Shown here piece after piece: positions 14,636-28,085 of a stretch of DNA of 64,000 bases (position 1 is the first letter of the stretch; each line of letters starts with the position of its first letter). The stretch is taken from positions 12,524,001-12,588,000 of the forward strand of contig CM075981.1 in the NCBI GenBank assembly GCA_038087875.1, read 5' to 3'. Under the pieces are notes generated by a model. That model did no database searches. It was not told the DNA's origin and saw only the letters and a program-made list of their open reading frames with translations. This stretch comes from Malacoraja senta. Lineage: Eukaryota. Position numbers and translations under genes: made by a program.

Positions 14636-16368
14636 CAGGAATAGCTACTCCCCCTCCATTATCAGGCTTCAGAACGGAATTCCTTCCATAAGGTAGGATA
14701 CTGTCCGATTTACCTCGACCCCATTCAGGACAATGTCTAATGAACTGGGGCACTACAATGTGCTGGAATGCTGAGAACAATATTCGGCATGGTGAATCTT
14801 CCCCTTTGCTCTATATATTGTACTTGAATTTGAACTGATTGTATCTATGTATGGTAAATCTGATCTGTTTGGATAGCATGCAAAACAAAGCTTTTCACTG
14901 CATCTCGGTACATGTGACAATAATTAACCTGAACCTAATCATCGTTACACATGGCTGAGATGCTGTAAGACTAGAGGCTGGCTAATGTTTTACTTCTCCC
15001 TAAGAGCTGCAAAGAAAAACCTGTGTTCTATAGACAAGTAGGAAAGTTACTGGTAAAGTGGGGAAGAGGGGCAGGATAATGGGAGAAATGGGCAACATTG
15101 GGGGTGACAGGTAAGAGAGGTGGTTAAAAAATGGGGTTTGATACTTAAAATTAGAGAATTCAATGTGCATGCCACAGAAGCAGAACTTATACTGTTCCAT
15201 CAGGGACTGGATTGTTTTAGTGTTATTATTATTATTATGTGCGAAATGTTTTAAACGTCATGTGCGATGCTCCGGTATTCCCTGGGAAACGTCTTTTCGT
15301 TTTGCACTGCACAACTGTTGCTTGCAAGATGACAATAAAGGAATTGAATTGAATGAGGTGCTGTTCCTTCAGTTTTTGCGTGGCCTCACTCTGGCAGCTT
15401 TCGCCTTCCACTACAATCAGCCGGAAGAACCCAACCCGAAAGGTCACCTATCCATATTCTCCAGAGATGCTGCTTGACCGCTGAGTTACTCCAGCACTTA
15501 GTGTCTTTTTGTAAAGCAGCATTCTACAAACAATTAAGAATTTACTATACATCCCAAATTCTAAATCATAAAAGTTTTTTTTCTATAAAGTGACAGATGT
15601 TTATATACAAGTCACATGTTTATTTGTCACATGCACTGGATAAGCCCGGAACAATGAAATTCTTACTTGCAGCAGCTTTACACACAAAGTTGCACAACAA
15701 CAATAAGTATAAAATAAATTATCAGTTACTCTCTGTAAACTAGACCATGATAGTACATGGACTTCTTGTATGATTCTGAATTGCCTGACTTGAACACCAC
15801 AAATCTGGTCTTCAGTAGATTACAGATCTCCTTGGTTGATTCAAGGCTTCTGGTTAGGAAACACTCAGATGATCTTGGCAGGAACACACTCCTCCATATA
15901 CCTACTTATGAAATCGGTAACAACCATGGTGTATTTGTTCAGGTCCATTGCCAATTCTTTGAACATTGTCCAGGCTACTGTGCCAAGCGATTGTGAAGTC
16001 ACTCCTCTGCTTTAATGTTTCTTTTTGAGATATAAAGTTACACAACTGATGCATCAGAGATGGAAATCTACTTTTTAAATGGTACTTTGAATAGAAAAAT
16101 ATATATTTTTAATATATCCTATGAAGAAAATGCCACATATTTATGTGAAGAAAGATGTTTTTAACAGTAGATACAAAGAGCCGCAGATGCTGGAGTCTTG
16201 CGTAGAACTTTGTACAAGATGTTGGTGAGGCCACATTTTGAGTAATGTGTTCTGGTTTGGTCCCCTTGCTTTGGGAAAGATGGTGTTAAGCTGGAAAGAG
16301 TGCAGAGTTTCAACTAGTCTGACTACTGGTATGATATGGTATATGAGAGTTGTCATATAGTGGTTGGT

Positions 16369-16545
16369 AGACAAAAGTGCTGGAGAAACTCAGCGGGTGC
16401 GGCAGCATCTATGGAGCGAAGGAAATAGGCAACTTTTCAGGCCGAAACCCTTTTCCTTCGCTCCATAGATACTGCCGCACCCGCTGAGTTTCTCCAGCAC
16501 TTTTGTCTACCTTCGATTTTCCAGCATCTGCAGTTTCTTCTTGAA
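16369..16545. mobile_element. Penelope-derived fold-back insertion
   Basis: Inverted arms; 15-bp TSD CATATAGTGGTTGGT at 16354-16368 and 16546-16560. Confidence 0.8.
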
Positions 16546-17929
16546 CATATAGTGGTTGGTCAAGGAAACTCAGCTGATTGCTTTTTAACCCTACAATGAA
16601 ATTTGTGAAATGGCCTTGTTGGATTAGTATGCCAAGCTTTTAATGAAGGCAATGTGCAATTGTTGTTTTTTTGACTAGGATAGTCCTTCGCGTAACTCCA
16701 CTCTCTCAACATAAGGATTAATTTTTAATGCACTTAGATATGGTTAAAAAAATAATTAAATATCAATCCATTGCAACAGAAATAAGTTCACTTCCACAGG
16801 AGAGCGAGGATGGATAATAAATGTGGAAGTGGAAGTGGAAGTGTCAGAGTAATCCTTAGTATAAATAAAGTAATTTGTACATTTTTTAACTAATTAAATG
16901 AGAAAAAGACTTGCATATATAAGGTATTTTTAAAGTTACTTTTATGAAGCTCCAAAACACTTTACGGCCAATCAAGTACATTGGTGATGAAGGGACCATG
17001 ATCTTATGTCACACTGCGAGCCCTTTACAAACTAAAATGTGATAATGACCAGTTATAAGGGGACTGGACGTCACCAAAATATCGTCATGGAACCTTTTAT
17101 GCCCACTTCAGAAAGCTGACAGGTCTTCGGTTTAACCTTATTTGACAAAGGTAGTCCTTAAATATGATACCCTCCCTCATTATGATACTGGAACTTTAGA
17201 GAAGGTTTTATACCTTAGTTTAGATTTTATACTCAGGCCACTGGTGTGGGGCTTGAATCGGCAAACTTTTAACACAGAAAAGAAGTATGACACTGAGCCA
17301 TGATGTCTGAGTCTGCATATATATGATAGATCTACATAGGCTGAATACACCATCATCTACATTCATGTTTTGAAGTAAGATAACATGCAATGTAAGGCAA
17401 ATCCATGATAGGTCCTGGGCCCAACAGCTGTGAGATTCTCGCCATTAACATCTTAATTCTATTTTTATCCATGTTATGCCACATAAACTATCTTGTATCC
17501 TCAGATTGAGTAAGGGAATGCAAACTGTGTCAACATAAACATTAACAAGAACAAAAAAACATTCTTGTTAGCAAACAGAGTTGTTGGTGTGCTTCTTTGC
17601 CAATAAAAATAACACAAAATGCAGTTAATAATCAAGTAAGTAACTGATCCAGCAATCTCACAGTAAAGGAAAATAATAATGTTTCTGAAAGTCACTGTAA
17701 AAACGTCATTGGATTGGAAATTGTTCCCCTTGAAACAATAATGGAATTTGATCCAAAGCATGATAAAAAATTAAAGAGTAACAACATGAGCAAACATGAA
17801 AGGTCAGACGTTCTGACGAATGCTAATTTAGCTAAAGGTGGTGTACACAGCAGTGAAAGGGAACAGTTCATCCAAAAATATAATTACCTTCAATGTCTGC
17901 TGCTGAACAGTGCACTTTACACAATAGCT

Positions 17930-18665
17930 AGTGAATGCACAGTGAATGGCAGGGCTCTAAGGAGTGTTGTGGAGTGAAGGGATTTAGGAGTGCAGGTACA
18001 TAGTTTCTTAAAAGGGGTGTCACAGGTAGATAAGGTGGTCAATGAGGCTTTCGGCACATTGGCCGTCATCAGTCAGGGTATTGATATAGAAATTGGGATG
18101 TTATGTTGCAATTGTACAAGACATTGGCGAGGCCATATTTGGAGTATTATGTTCAGTTTTGGTCACCCTGCTATAAAAACAATGTTGTTAAGCTGGAACG
18201 AGTGCAGAAAAGATTTGTGAGGATGTTGCCATGACTTGAGGGCCTGACCTATAGGGAGATGTTGGGCAGGCTAGGACTTTATTTCTTGTAGCACTGGAGG
18301 ATGAGCAGTGAACTTATAGTGGCGTATAAGATCATAATGGGAATATATAGAGTAGATGCACAGAGTCTTTTACCCAGAGTAGGGGAATCAAGAACCAGAG
18401 GACATAGGTTTAAGGTGAGAGTGGACAGATTTAATAGGAAACTGAAGGGCAACTTTTTCACACAGAGGGTAGTATGTTTATGGAAGGTGCTGCCAGAGGT
18501 GGTAGTTGAGGCAGGTACCGTCACAACATTTAAAAGACATTTGGACAGATACATGGACAAGAAAGGGTTAGAAGCATATGGGCCAATAGGACAATGGTAT
18601 ATGGAGCAGCTTGGTCGGCATGGGCAAGTTGGGCCAAAGAGCCTGTTTCTGTGCTGTATGACTCT
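17930..18665 (+). mobile_element. CR1 LINE 3' fragment
   Basis: ORFs 17990..18220 and 18301..18726 (RTRGHRFKV, FFTQRVV). Confidence 0.88.
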
Positions 18666-20787
18666 GATTTTATTAGCTACTTCTGCACACTCTGCTGCTC
18701 CTCATGATTCTTTTGCATGTGTATAAAGGCCCATATCCTCATGTTCTGTGTGACATAAATGTATAGAGCCAAAAACTGCCAGTCTTTTAATTGCCTACAT
18801 CTGCTACCCATAAAAAACACACAGTGAATGAGACTCCTCTACATCCAGCCGGAGTCTCAGCCAGTGACTGTATCAGTTAGAAAATTGGCCATGGTCCTCA
18901 GTACAACTCAGTAATTTCAAGCAATTAATATTGATAAATTGATAAAGGAGAGCACAGAGTTGAAGATACTGAGGTTTCATCAAATTATTGATTTTACCCT
19001 CTTTTATAGCAGCTCCTGGTTTTGGAAAATGAAACACATTTTCTCCAGTGGAGGAAAACTAATGGTGTCCACATTGTGTGGGATTTTTTACTAGTAACAG
19101 TGCATGAAAAGCAACCCGATATGACTGAGGCACAGGTAGTCTGTAAACATGGTATCTTGACCCATGCTAGCAACATTAGCTACGTGAAATTCTTATTATC
19201 TGAAAGAAAATCAAAATAAGTGCAGATGCTGGAAATATCAAATTAAAACATAAAATACTGGACAAAACAGGCAGCTCTGGAGTAATTCATTGGGTCAGGT
19301 AGCATCTCTGGAGGGCAAGGACAGGTGACTTGATTTCAGGTTGGACCAGACTGATTGTAGTCGGGTCTGGAGGGGGTGGTGGGGGAAGCTGGAAAAGAGG
19401 TGGGGGCAGGACAGAACAGAGCCTGGCAAGTGATAGGTGGATACAGATGAGCATGGTCAAAGTGCAGGAGATGAGCAGGAATCACAGAGGGAGAGCAATG
19501 AGAGTGGATCTTTCTGAACTCCAGTTAGAGGGAGGAAGAGAACTTCTTCAAGGTGGGCAAATCTTGGAACACCTAATGGGTCAGGCATCATCTACGTAAA
19601 GAAAATAATTTTGTTTTCTTAATTCTTACTGATAATGTATAAAACAATTGGTTTCTGCATATTATTCTCATACTTTATTCTCACTTTTTTTTACTCTTCT
19701 GGAACTTTTGGAATCATGAATTGCATGTTAAGGATTTTAGTAATTTGTGAACATATTTTCTTTCATAAGGAGTAAATAATGCAATGAAAACAGAAAAGCT
19801 ATAAGTTTTCAAACCAGAATGTGAAAAGAGATGCAATAATTAGAACATAAAAATATTTCAAAATGCAGTGAAAAAGAGAGTGGGGCAGAAGGAATTAAAA
19901 AGGTCCATGAACGGTTCGAAAGCAAAAAAAGGTTAAATGACACATGATGAGAGTACAATGTAAAATAAAGTGGCAATTGGACAAGCAAGAGTGGAGTTGC
20001 AGATAATTACCCAAAGCTTTTGGAAGAAGTTGGAACAAATGTTGGAAATTTAAATTATAGAATGCTTGAAATGCTTCTTAACTGGAATTGGGGATCTCTA
20101 TATTGTGTCCTGAATGCTGACATATGCAGATTTGGAATGAAAATTTCTCACAGTGAGACGAGGTTGGGATGGTAGATTTATTTTCCTGAAGGACTTAAAT
20201 GAGTCAGGATATCATTACTAATATTAGTTTTTTTTAAAATTCCAGATCTATTTCAATTGCTTGAATTTAAATTCATAATTTGCCATGAATTTAAATTCAA
20301 ATCCCTAAAACAATAATCCAAGTCACTGGATACTAGTGCTGTAACAACCATTATGTTCTGTTGCCATACCACCAAATACCACCTCGGATGCTGTTTGTGT
20401 GGAGTTCGCATGTTCTCCGTGTGACTGCATGGGTTTCCTCCAGGTTCTCCAGTTTCCTCCGACATGCCAAAGACATGGGGGTTTGTAGGTTAATTGGTTG
20501 CTAAAAAATTGCCCATAGTGTGTGTAGGGAGTGTATGAAAAAGTGGAATAACATAGAACTAGCGTGAATGGGTAATCAATGGGCAGCGTGGACAGTGGAT
20601 TGAAGGGTGTATTTCTATTGAATCTTTGCAACTAGAGTGATAAAGATGCTATTAGATGGTATTAGATTATTTTGATTCAACAACAATGTAAGAACAGAGG
20701 CATATGGCCAAATGAAGATGCTGTGTGATTTGAAGGGAATTTGCAAATTATGGTTCAAGTGTCCATTGTCCTTTTTCTACTTTTATT

Positions 20788-21078
20788 GAGTTTAGTTTAG
20801 AGATACAGCATGGAAACAGGCCCTTCAGCCCATCAAGTCCACGCCGGCCAGCAATCACCTGTATAATAGTTCTATCCTACACACTAGGGACAATTTTACA
20901 GAAGCCAATTAACCTAGAATCTGCACATCTTAGGAATGTTGGAGCATCTGGAGCACCCAAAGGAAACCCACATGGTCACAGGGAGAACGTACAAACTCTG
21001 TACAGACAGCTCCCATAGTCAGGATCGAACCCAGGTTTCTGCCGCTGTAAGTCAGTAACTTTACTGCTGTGCCACCAT
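20788..21078 (-). mobile_element. tRNA-derived V-SINE (HE1-like)
   Basis: Reverse complement of the same consensus. An oppositely oriented partial copy lies at 20380-20630. Confidence 0.8.
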
Positions 21079-21381
21079 GTCATCTCTGTGACAAAATTCA
21101 ACACTTAGATCTTCTATTAATGAAGCTTGGGGGTGATGCTGACAAGGATCCTTGGAAAATATTGAAGATACCCAAGATAAGGCAGGATGTGTGAAATTAT
21201 ATACAAGGGTGCAATTGCCCACAGGGGAAGTGGCATAAAGAGATCATTGCTTATTCTACAAGTCAAAGAAAATAATTGGAACATCATCTAATTTTCTTGA
21301 TGGCTCATGAGACTTATATTTGCTCAGAATAATTGTTGGCAGGTAGACTAGACAAATAAGTACCAAGTAATAAAGAGTTAA

Positions 21382-21574
21382 AGAAGGAACTGCAGATGCT
21401 GGAAAATCGAAGGTACACAAAAATGCTGGAGAAACTCAGCGGGTGCAGCAGCATCTATGGAGCGAAGGAAATAGGCAACGTTTCGGGCCGAAACCCTTCT
21501 TCAGACGTTGCCTATTTCCTTCGCTCCATAGATGCTGCTGCACCCGCTGAGTTTCTCCAGCATTTTTGTGTACC
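21382..21574. mobile_element. Penelope-derived fold-back insertion
   Basis: 70-bp perfect inverted arms 21412-21481 and 21505-21574 around a hammerhead core. Confidence 0.8.
21474..21506 (-). ncRNA. Minimal hammerhead ribozyme core (Penelope type)
   Basis: Reverse complement gtCTGAAGAagggtttcggcccGAAACgttgcc: CUGANGA, stem II gggu-UUCG-gccc, GAAAC, palindromic AACGTT. Confidence 0.7.
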
Positions 21575-21879
21575 ACCAAGTACTAAGTAATAGTGTGCAG
21601 GGCAAATTCATGGAGGAAATTCAAGGTAGATTTCCCCTGTTGTTAAAACCCCCCAGAGAATTGGACATTTTAGATATAAATCATATAGTGAGAAAACTTT
21701 GCAGTTTTGGGGTAAAAGCACACAAATAAGGTGGAATTTTATACTAATTTGAGAGAGATTTAAATTTGTCTGAAACTTGAGAAATACAAAACAACCCAAC
21801 AAGAAGGACAAAATAAGACAAATTAAATTAAAGATACGTCAGTAGATGACTATTGGAAAATATTGAGAGAAATTATTAA

Positions 21880-23477
21880 TAATTTACAATCCGTATGATT
21901 GATTAGTAGGACTGGATGTTACAATCCCTAATATTCACTACAATCGACATTCTTGGTATGACCACTAGGTGAATTTGCTAACAATCAGACACATCTTCAG
22001 TTGTGTACCTCAACATCACTGGGTGTTTCGGCCTTTTATCACAAGACACCCTCAGTCGAGGCAGGCCCACCGAAGGTTGATCAGACCTGGGTGTGTGTCT
22101 TATTGTTAGCCTCTAGATGGTCACGTGGCAGCCCAGACAGCATCTTTCATCTTCAGCCACAGCCAGTGACTGCTCCGTTCGGCGGCATTGGCAAGTTCTT
22201 TTATTGCCCTCCTTTGTGCCTGCCCTTTGACTCCTACTTCCCTCAGGAGCCTTGCGGTGGAACTGGCTACAAAGCCCCTGCACCCCACCTCCACTGGACA
22301 CACCCTTACACTCCAACCTCTCTCCTCTACCTCTGCTGCAAGGTTTGAATATCGAAGCTTTTTCCTTTCATAAGCCTCGTCCACAGCCTCCTCCCATGGG
22401 ACCGTCAGCTCAATGAGGAAAACACGCCGACAGGAGTTGGATCAGAGAACGAGGTCTGGTCGCAGGTTGGTAACTGCGATTTCAACTGGGAACTAAAGCC
22501 TCTGGCCTAGGTCAACACGCATTTCCCAGTCCCTGGCTGCGTTCAGTGGGCATGAGTTGAGAGGCGAGGGGTTAGTCCTCCGTTTTTCTCCTTCCCAGAT
22601 GAAGGATGGTATTTGTGGGAATGTTATCTGGGCATTGATAGGCATGGCGTTGGTGGTAACTCTCTTGCACTCGAGTTCAGCTGCCAAACACCTCAGCATC
22701 TGGTTGTGTCGCCAGGTGTATCTGCCTTGTGTTAGGCTGGTCTTACAACCGACCATGATGTGCTTGAGGTTTGCTGGAACTGCACACTGGCACTGGTAGG
22801 CTGGATCCTCTCCCAGCCAAAGATTTAGGTTTGTGGGAGAGGGAAGGACGTCATATGTGGCTCTGATAATGAAGCTCAACTTATTTGACTCCATGGCCCA
22901 CAGCTCTCTCCATGTGATCTTCCTCCTCTCAACGCCATCTCATGTCATCCAGCGGCCTTGTTTGGCTTGGGATATGGCTTTGGCACACCTGGCTGCTTCT
23001 TCCTGGTGGCGCACCTCCTCCACCACCAGGTGCCGACGTTCAGCTGGAGTAGCCTTTTGCCAGGTAGGTTTAATTACTCCCAGGCCAAAGCCCCCTCGGC
23101 CTTGTTGGACATGGCCCACTATGTCCCGGTGTTGGAGGGCGGATTTTGCGTCCAGTACCACTGCTGCTGGAGTCCATTTCTTCCCTGTTGCTAGGGTTGG
23201 AGCGACACCTCTTATTATTGGGTCCTGGGATTCTGTTAGTGTCATGTCCAGCCTCACTTTGGCACATTTGTATTCCTCCACCAGGCTTGAGACTGGCAGT
23301 GAGAGGGCTCCATTCCCATAGAGCCCTATGCTGCTGAGGCATCTCGGTAGCCCAAGCCACTTCCTCACTTGTGAGTTCACCAGTCTCTCCAGCTGGTTGA
23401 TATGGGTTAAAGTGACCTCGTAGATGGTAATTGGCCACATGAGTCGGGGCAGTAGACCGAATTGAAGGCACCATTCC
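21880..23477 (-). mobile_element. 5'-truncated Hero-type (R2-group, REL endonuclease) non-LTR retrotransposon
   Basis: One frame with three stops: PRLMWPITIYEV, RKWLGLP, CCHC knuckle then QGRYTWRHN, RPDLV, IELTVPWE, KKLRY, VEVGCRGFV. ATTAA direct repeat at 21875-21879 and 23478-23482. Confidence 0.85.
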
Positions 23478-25785
23478 ATTAAGAAAGAATAAACAGGAAA
23501 ACTGGTCCAATTGACAAATGGGGAAAAATTAAATACAGAATTAAAAGAAAAAGCTTATAATATTATTAAAATAGCGGTACACTGTATATCCAAAGACAGC
23601 ATTTTAAAATTCAGCACAAGATTTGCAAGAAATCAATAAGGTAATAGAATATTAGAATAAGCCAGAAAGAGGAATCAAGCAGATTGCAAAGTAGTTTGCA
23701 ATATTAGGAACAATAAATGTATGACCCATTAAGATGAAGGTGAAGTTATAATAAGGAATAAGAATATGGAAGAAACATCAAATATTTTATGACTGTCTTC
23801 ATGGTATAATCCATGAAATACAAACCGGTGAAGGTAGTCTTCTGCAGATGAAGAACTTAGAAAAAATAAATTTGGATATAAAAGAATATTGAAGAAATTA
23901 TTGGGACTGCACACAAACAAATTGCCAGAATTTAAAACAAAAAGAGCTGGCTGTGGATGATGAAGTGGTTTTGATCTTTCAGAATTTGATCAACTTTAGA
24001 ATGATACGTGTGGGTTAGTTAGCAGTAAACATAACCTGGCTATTCAAGAAAGGAAAGAAAGAGAAAAAAATACATTAAAAAAATGTAGGGTAATTAAGCT
24101 TGGGAACAATAGGAAGGAAAATGCTTGAATCATTTACTAATGGGTGTGGTAACAGAAATTTACAAAATCATAAAATAATTAGGAAGTAACAATGTAGATC
24201 TATGAATAGAAAGTTGTATTTAATTAATATGTTTGATGTTGTAATTAGGACAGATATTAAAATGAAAGAAATAGTTAATAGCTGCATAATAAATAGGAAT
24301 AAAAGGAACATTTTTAATATGCAACTAACGGAGTACGACAAAAACTACTGGTTGGACCTCAGCTACCCATAATCCATGCCAATGATTTAAATGAGGTGAA
24401 TGAGAATAATATATTTATGTTTACAAACCACATACATTTGGACAGGAAAGTAATCTATGGAATGGATGCAAAGGGATTTAATATAATAATGACTGATATT
24501 TTTTGGCAGCAAGGCAACAAGGATCAGGTGGGTAAGTGGACAAAGTGCAGGAGCAGCCATAATGTTATTGAATAGTGGAACAGTATTAAAGGGCTGCTCT
24601 TTCTTTTTTTTATTAGGTTAAGTAAGGTAAGCAAGAAAGTGCACATGAAATATTATCCACATTGGAAGAAAAAGTTGAAACACCGATTTGGTTTTCTAAC
24701 AGAGAGATTGGGAATGTTGCCATTCAGCTTTTTAATATATTTCTCTCTTCTATCTTGACACTATTTTTCTTAGCATCCTTGAACATACAATCACAAACTT
24801 GACAATGAATTACAGAATGCAAACAGTATGCTGGCAATTATTGAAAAAAGATTACGGTATAAGAGTAAAGATGCACAGATGCAAATATATTGGGACATAA
24901 TGAAATCTTTCCTGGAGTTCTGTGTAGACACAAGGAACTGCAAATGCTAGTTTAGAAAAAAAAGACACAAAATGCTGAAGTAGCTCAATTGGTCAGACAA
25001 CATCCCTGGAGAACATTGATAGGTGATGTTTCAGGTTGGGACCATTCTTCAGACAGCTTGTGGGAGGTGGGGGTGGGAAGAAAGCTACACAAGAGAAGGG
25101 GCAGGACAAAGTGTGGCAGGTAATAGACAAGGGGGATTTTGATAGGCGGATTGTTGACAACCATCTTGAGTACCTGGGGTACCATGCACAGTTTTGGTCT
25201 CCTTATTTAAAGAAGGATACATTTGCCTTAAAGAGGTTCACAAGACTAGCTCCTGTGATAGAGTGTTCATGGATGAAGGATGCAGTTGTGGTAATGGTTG
25301 GGGTTGTCCCAATTTGGAAAAAATAGTGAATTTACCCTCTAATTCCTTAGAGTTTATAAGAATGAGAAAATAATTAAAAACATAAAATGGATTGTTAAGG
25401 TTATTGTTGAGTGACTGTTTAACCTGGCTTGCAAGTCTGGAACTGAAAGGCATATTTTCATTTCAGGACCGAGTTTAAGAGAAATCTATCCTATCAAGGA
25501 ACATCAGAAAATCAGCTGTGATAATGTTAAATGGAGAATTAAAAATTGGTCATTTAGCACTTTAATCTACTTCACTTCTACATTGACACAATTTTTCTGC
25601 CCTATTCCCTTATCTCGATTCCACAAATTTCAAAAATCTATCGGTCCCAGGTTTTGAGCGAAAGATTTGTGAATCTTTGGGATTTCTACTGTGAGGACAG
25701 TGAATATTTAATTGTGGATTAAATTCAAGGTAGAGAGTGATTGATTTTTGGTTACAATCAATTATGAGCAGGAATACGTAGTTAA

Positions 25786-26623
25786 GGGCCTGTCCCACTT
25801 GGGCGACATTTTCGGCGACAGCCTGAAAAGAGGTTGTCGCGGCGTGGACAGGGCGTGATGCGAGGTGACGCATGTAGTGACGCACGGCATCTCCTTGCCG
25901 CCCCTGGATTTTGGAATGTTCAAAATCTTCAGGCGACATCTGGGTGTGTGTGCGGGGTGACGCATGTCGTGTGCCCTGTCACATGCTGACTTATGCTGTC
26001 CTGCGGGTGACGGCCGGTGACGCGGGTATATAAACCGCTGACTTTCAAAACTTTTTTGATTATTTGGCTGAAGATAGCCAGGGGCAAAGTGCCCATAAAG
26101 AATGAAAAGTACAAAAAGTACATAAATGCACAAAGTACTTAATTAAGAAACATCTGAAATTATGTTCTTTCTAATGTGGTGAAAAAATAAAGATCTTTTT
26201 GTCTTGTTGAAGTTCATTAGAGTTGATGCAAATTGTAATGTTATTGTCAGATTTGACTTGTTGCTGAATAATTTTTTTGCTTAAGTATGATGTTCTTTGA
26301 AATATGCCGTTAAATATATAGTTACTTTTGTTGAAGTTAAACCTTTCTTGTTAAACGAATTGTTATTTTTCAATATAATTTATTTTTAAGCTGACGTTAA
26401 ATAAACTATTTATTTCTTATAAAGTTATTGGTCGTAAGATTTATTGTAGATAAGTTCATTTCCAATGTGATTATTATACTTCAGTGTAACCTTCTTGTGT
26501 TGTGAAGGCGGGTGACGCAAAGTGTCGTAGATTGTCGTACAACTTGATGGTTTTTAGGGCGACTACGGGCGTCAGTCCCTGAAGCTCGCAGTCGCTGAAA
26601 AAATCGCAAAGTGGGACTGGTCC
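25786..26623. mobile_element. Non-autonomous TIR element (MITE) with TTAA TSD, Kolobok- or Harbinger-like
   Basis: ttaa|GGGCCTGTCCCACTT...AAGTGGGACTGGTCC|ttaa. CpG-rich arms; it interrupts a CR1 3' UTR. Confidence 0.8.
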
Positions 26624-27794
26624 TTAAGGTAGATATGCCATGCCCATATTTGAATGGCAGAGCAGGCTAGGGTGCTCATATGATCTAACCCTGCATTCAT
26701 TTCTTATGTTCTAAGTATGAAGCAATTTCAAAATCATGTTGGATCCAGTTCATCCTGATATAAAAAAAACTAAGGTTTTCCAAGAAATTCATTAATATTT
26801 TCAGAATGATTAATCTTTCACATTAAAATCCAGATTTTTAGATGTTGCAAAAACATCTCAACTATAAACATTAGATTGATTTGCCATCTTTGAAAATTCA
26901 ACATGTATAATTTGTAAACAAACTGCTCTAATTCCAAACCAGAAGGTCCCCAGGGATGCTTTCCTTAGAAATGTCAAATTGTTTGCTAATCCCCAGTTCT
27001 CTCAGTCCAACGTTTTGAGAATTGGAGTGTGGGAAATGTCATTATTATTCTGATCAAACTTTGCATGGGATTGGAATAGTTGTATAATGTTTTTGGGAAG
27101 CTTTTCAAAGCAGGAGGTTTGCATTTACAGGAATTTTAATCCTTAATGGGGATTCTATTCCAGAGAAAGGTCAGAAGAAGAACAGATATGTAGATTGAAT
27201 CCAGTCTCTGGTATGAATCACCTGATCAGAGTGCTAGTGTTACAGTTTATCCCATACAAGAAAAAAACTCAAAAGCATGCCCACTCTTCATGCTTCTCTA
27301 TACATTCTAATTGAAAGGTAGACTCATTCATCTGCGTCCATCGTTAAGTATCTTGTTGTAGCTAGGAATTCATCAGCATGTCCACCCTATTAACAGTGGG
27401 AATCTCTAAGTGTCTATATTTGTCCCTACCATTTCTCAACAACATGTTGTAGCTCAGGAACATTGTCTGAAAGCATGGTTTCAGTTTTCACCGTGATTGA
27501 AAGGTGAAGCCTCAAGCAGCTTCAAATCTTTGTTCTCAGACCTCATTCCAATAATCCGTCGTTACGGTAAACCTTGGGTGAACCAGGATGGGGCAGGACT
27601 AGGAGAGGGGCACAGAGTTGATACATAGTCTTGGCTGATGTCAATGTGAAGGAGGTCAGTAATGGTAACTGGAGAAGGTGTCTATTGGGTGACCGCAGAT
27701 TGCTTTCAGTGATGATGGGGTGGTGGGATGGATAGATCAATTACTTTTGATGGAAGATATTAACTGGAAATGATGCTGATGGGAAGGTGGCAAC

Positions 27795-28085
27795 ATAGAA
27801 CATTACAGCACAGGAATAGGTCCTTAGACCCACAATGTTTGTGCCGAACATGATACCTAGCTGAACTGATCTCATCTGCCTGTACATGATCCACATCCCT
27901 CTATTCCCTGCATGTCCATGTGTTTATGTAAAAGCCTCTTCAACACAACTATCATATCTGCCTCCACCACCACCCCTGGCAATGCGTTCCAGGCCCCCAT
28001 CACTCTCTGTGTAAAATATTTGCCCCACACATCTCCATTAAACTTTCTCCCTCTCACCTTAGAGCTAAGTCCTCTAGTGTTGGAC
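27795..28085 (-). mobile_element. CR1 3' end
   Basis: ORF 27872..28165 FTQRVMGAWNALP. Confidence 0.8.
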
